From: Alphaproteobacteria bacterium | GTDB lineage: Bacteria; Pseudomonadota; Alphaproteobacteria; UBA7985 | Direction: 5' to 3' | DNA length: 64,000 nt | Assembly: GCA_965661545.1 (NCBI GenBank) | Contig: CBFIEF010000001.1 | Coordinates: forward strand, 27,250-91,249 | In this document: positions 62,864 to 64,000 of the stretch, one piece after another | Position numbering within the stretch: the stretch's first letter is position 1 | Layout of the letters: every line of letters starts with the position of its first letter | The notes under the pieces: model-generated | Told to the model about the DNA's origin: nothing | What the model saw: only the letters and a program-made list of their open reading frames with translations | The model's database searches: none | Made by a program: the position numbers and the translations under genes

Positions 62864-63967
62864 TCAGACCGCCTCGATTTCTGCAGGTTCACCGGCATAG
62901 CCCTGACTGGCCATCGCCGCGAGAATACGGTGCACGTCGCTGCGGTTGTGATCCCCGGCAGCACCGGCGTCAAAGGACGCGTGGCCGAGGTTGAGACTGC
63001 GTGCGGCCCCAGACAGCGCAGCGCCGTGCGCGGATCGAACGCGGGTGTAGGCCTTGGACGCTGCACGGGTAAAGGCGAGGCGTTGCAGCACGCCGCTTTC
63101 CATATCTACGATCTGACGCGCTTGGCTCAGATCCTGATCCTGCGCGCCGGAAACCTGACACAGCACCCCGCGAATGTTGGGGTGGCTGAGGAACTTCAAT
63201 CCGCGTGCCACGTTCTGTGCAGACAGCATCAGACGCCGCCGCGCCTGCGCGCGCACACTGTTCAGCAGCCCGCGCTCTGTCGACGTTAGCGGCAGTTGCG
63301 GTAGGTCTTGCGGGACGGCGTCATTCATCCGGTCGTCGTCGACGTCGAACAGCAAGTCGGTCAGAACCACCACTAGCGCCCCCTGATTGCGCCAGTCCAG
63401 CGAAGCGGCACCAAGCGCGTCAAAGTTAGTTGCGCCGCTGGGTTCCAGCCCAGCAAGCCGTTCACGCATCGAGCCAAGCAGTTGGCGTGCGTGCAGCACG
63501 TTGATAACCCGCTCGCTCGCTACGCTATCGCCAAAGGGCATAACGCGCACGGCGTAACCGCTGTTCAAGCCAATCAGTGCCAATTGCAGGGTCAGCTCGA
63601 TCGTCGAGCGGAATTTGTCCTGCCAGCCGCCTGTTGCCATCGAGGCGGAGGTATCCAACGCCAAAACCAGGCGGGGTTGGTGTTCGTCTTGGACCAAACG
63701 GGTATAGAGCCGCTTTGACCGACCATAGAGCGACCAGTCCACGCGCCGCACGTCATCACCGGGCGTGTAGGTCCGGTGCTGTTTGAACTCCAAGCTGTCG
63801 CCGTCCAGCGAGTTCAGGTGCGGCCCCATCGCCGCGCCGCGTGGGGGGATCCATTGCGGCGGCAAGGTCAAGTCGCCCACTGCGCGCAGAAACGCTGGGT
63901 CCAAGTCGTCAAGACGCCTGTGCGCACCCATCGGCTCGGGCTGGAGATCAGGAGAAGATTGGGCCAA
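62864..63967 (-). CDS. DUF58-domain protein (partner of MoxR-type AAA+ ATPases). The start is a TTG at 63967 or the ATG at 63931.
   Basis: The DUF58 core EFKQHRTYTPGDDVRRVDWSLYGRSKRLYTRLVQDEHQPRLVLALDTSASM. An upstream minus-strand gene ends at the TAG at 63972-74, only 4 nt before the TTG. Confidence 0.72.
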   Translation of the reverse strand: MAQSSPDLQPEPMGAHRRLDDLDPAFLRAVGDLTLPPQWIPPRGAAMGPHLNSLDGDSLEFKQHRTYTPGDDVRRVDWSLYGRSKRLYTRLVQDEHQPRLVLALDTSASMATGGWQDKFRSTIELTLQLALIGLNSGYAVRVMPFGDSVASERVINVLHARQLLGSMRERLAGLEPSGATNFDALGAASLDWRNQGALVVVLTDLLFDVDDDRMNDAVPQDLPQLPLTSTERGLLNSVRAQARRRLMLSAQNVARGLKFLSHPNIRGVLCQVSGAQDQDLSQARQIVDMESGVLQRLAFTRAASKAYTRVRSAHGAALSGAARSLNLGHASFDAGAAGDHNRSDVHRILAAMASQGYAGEPAEIEAV

Positions 63968-63971
63968 CGAT

Positions 63972-64000
63972 CTAGTGACCCAAGTGGCTTACGGCGTCCG
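63972..64000 (-). CDS. 3' end of an upstream minus-strand gene, truncated by the window. It is probably the MoxR-like AAA+ ATPase expected in this operon.
   Basis: An open frame runs off the window edge and ends at the TAG (complement of 63972-74), 4 nt before the DUF58 start. Its identity is inferred from operon architecture only. Confidence 0.3.

Overview
This 64-kb window looks like a core chromosomal segment of an alphaproteobacterium, probably Rhodobacterales-like. That taxonomic call is inferred from gene content and GC only. The region is densely packed with housekeeping operons and shows no sign of a mobile element, CRISPR array or rRNA.

Recognisable genes, in order:
- 3' part of pccB, then an AsmA-family protein.
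- glyA and an SspB-like adaptor.
- A beta-barrel outer-membrane protein.
- thyX, a CPBP protease, hflK-hflC-degP, and miaA.
- ilvB-ilvN-ilvC, a candidate leader peptide, and leuA.
- A 2Fe-2S ferredoxin, an alpha-glucosidase and a LysR regulator.
- serC-serA-serB as one translationally coupled unit.
- A GlcD-like FAD oxidase and an AEC transporter.
- A corrinoid protein with its DUF1638 partner.
- mreB-mreC-mreD-mrdA-rodA.
- A MaoC dehydratase, a DEAD-box helicase, an alpha/beta hydrolase and a secreted EF-hand protein.
- parE, glnB-glnA, and tRNA-His followed by a TylF-like methyltransferase.
- uvrA, coaD-gyrA, ssb and a HAD hydrolase.
- At the 3' end, a tightly coupled minus-strand operon that runs off the window edge.

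The most interesting loci are:
- The operon at the 3' end: DUF58, a BatA_N/vWA protein, a 1044-aa vWA membrane protein and a 455-aa secreted protein. It is Bat/MoxR-like and functionally uncharacterised.
- A 53-bp modular tandem repeat that spans the thyX start codon and creates a three-codon mini-ORF.
- A branched-chain/Leu-rich leader peptide with nested RNA stems between ilvC and leuA, suggesting a candidate attenuator.
- A corrinoid/DUF1638 pair with no cognate methyltransferase and a palindromic operator-like site upstream.
- A canonical intrinsic terminator oriented against both of its flanking genes, between parE and the EF-hand gene.

All calls rest on reading the sequence and the six-frame ORF track, plus recall of protein families. 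No database search was possible.
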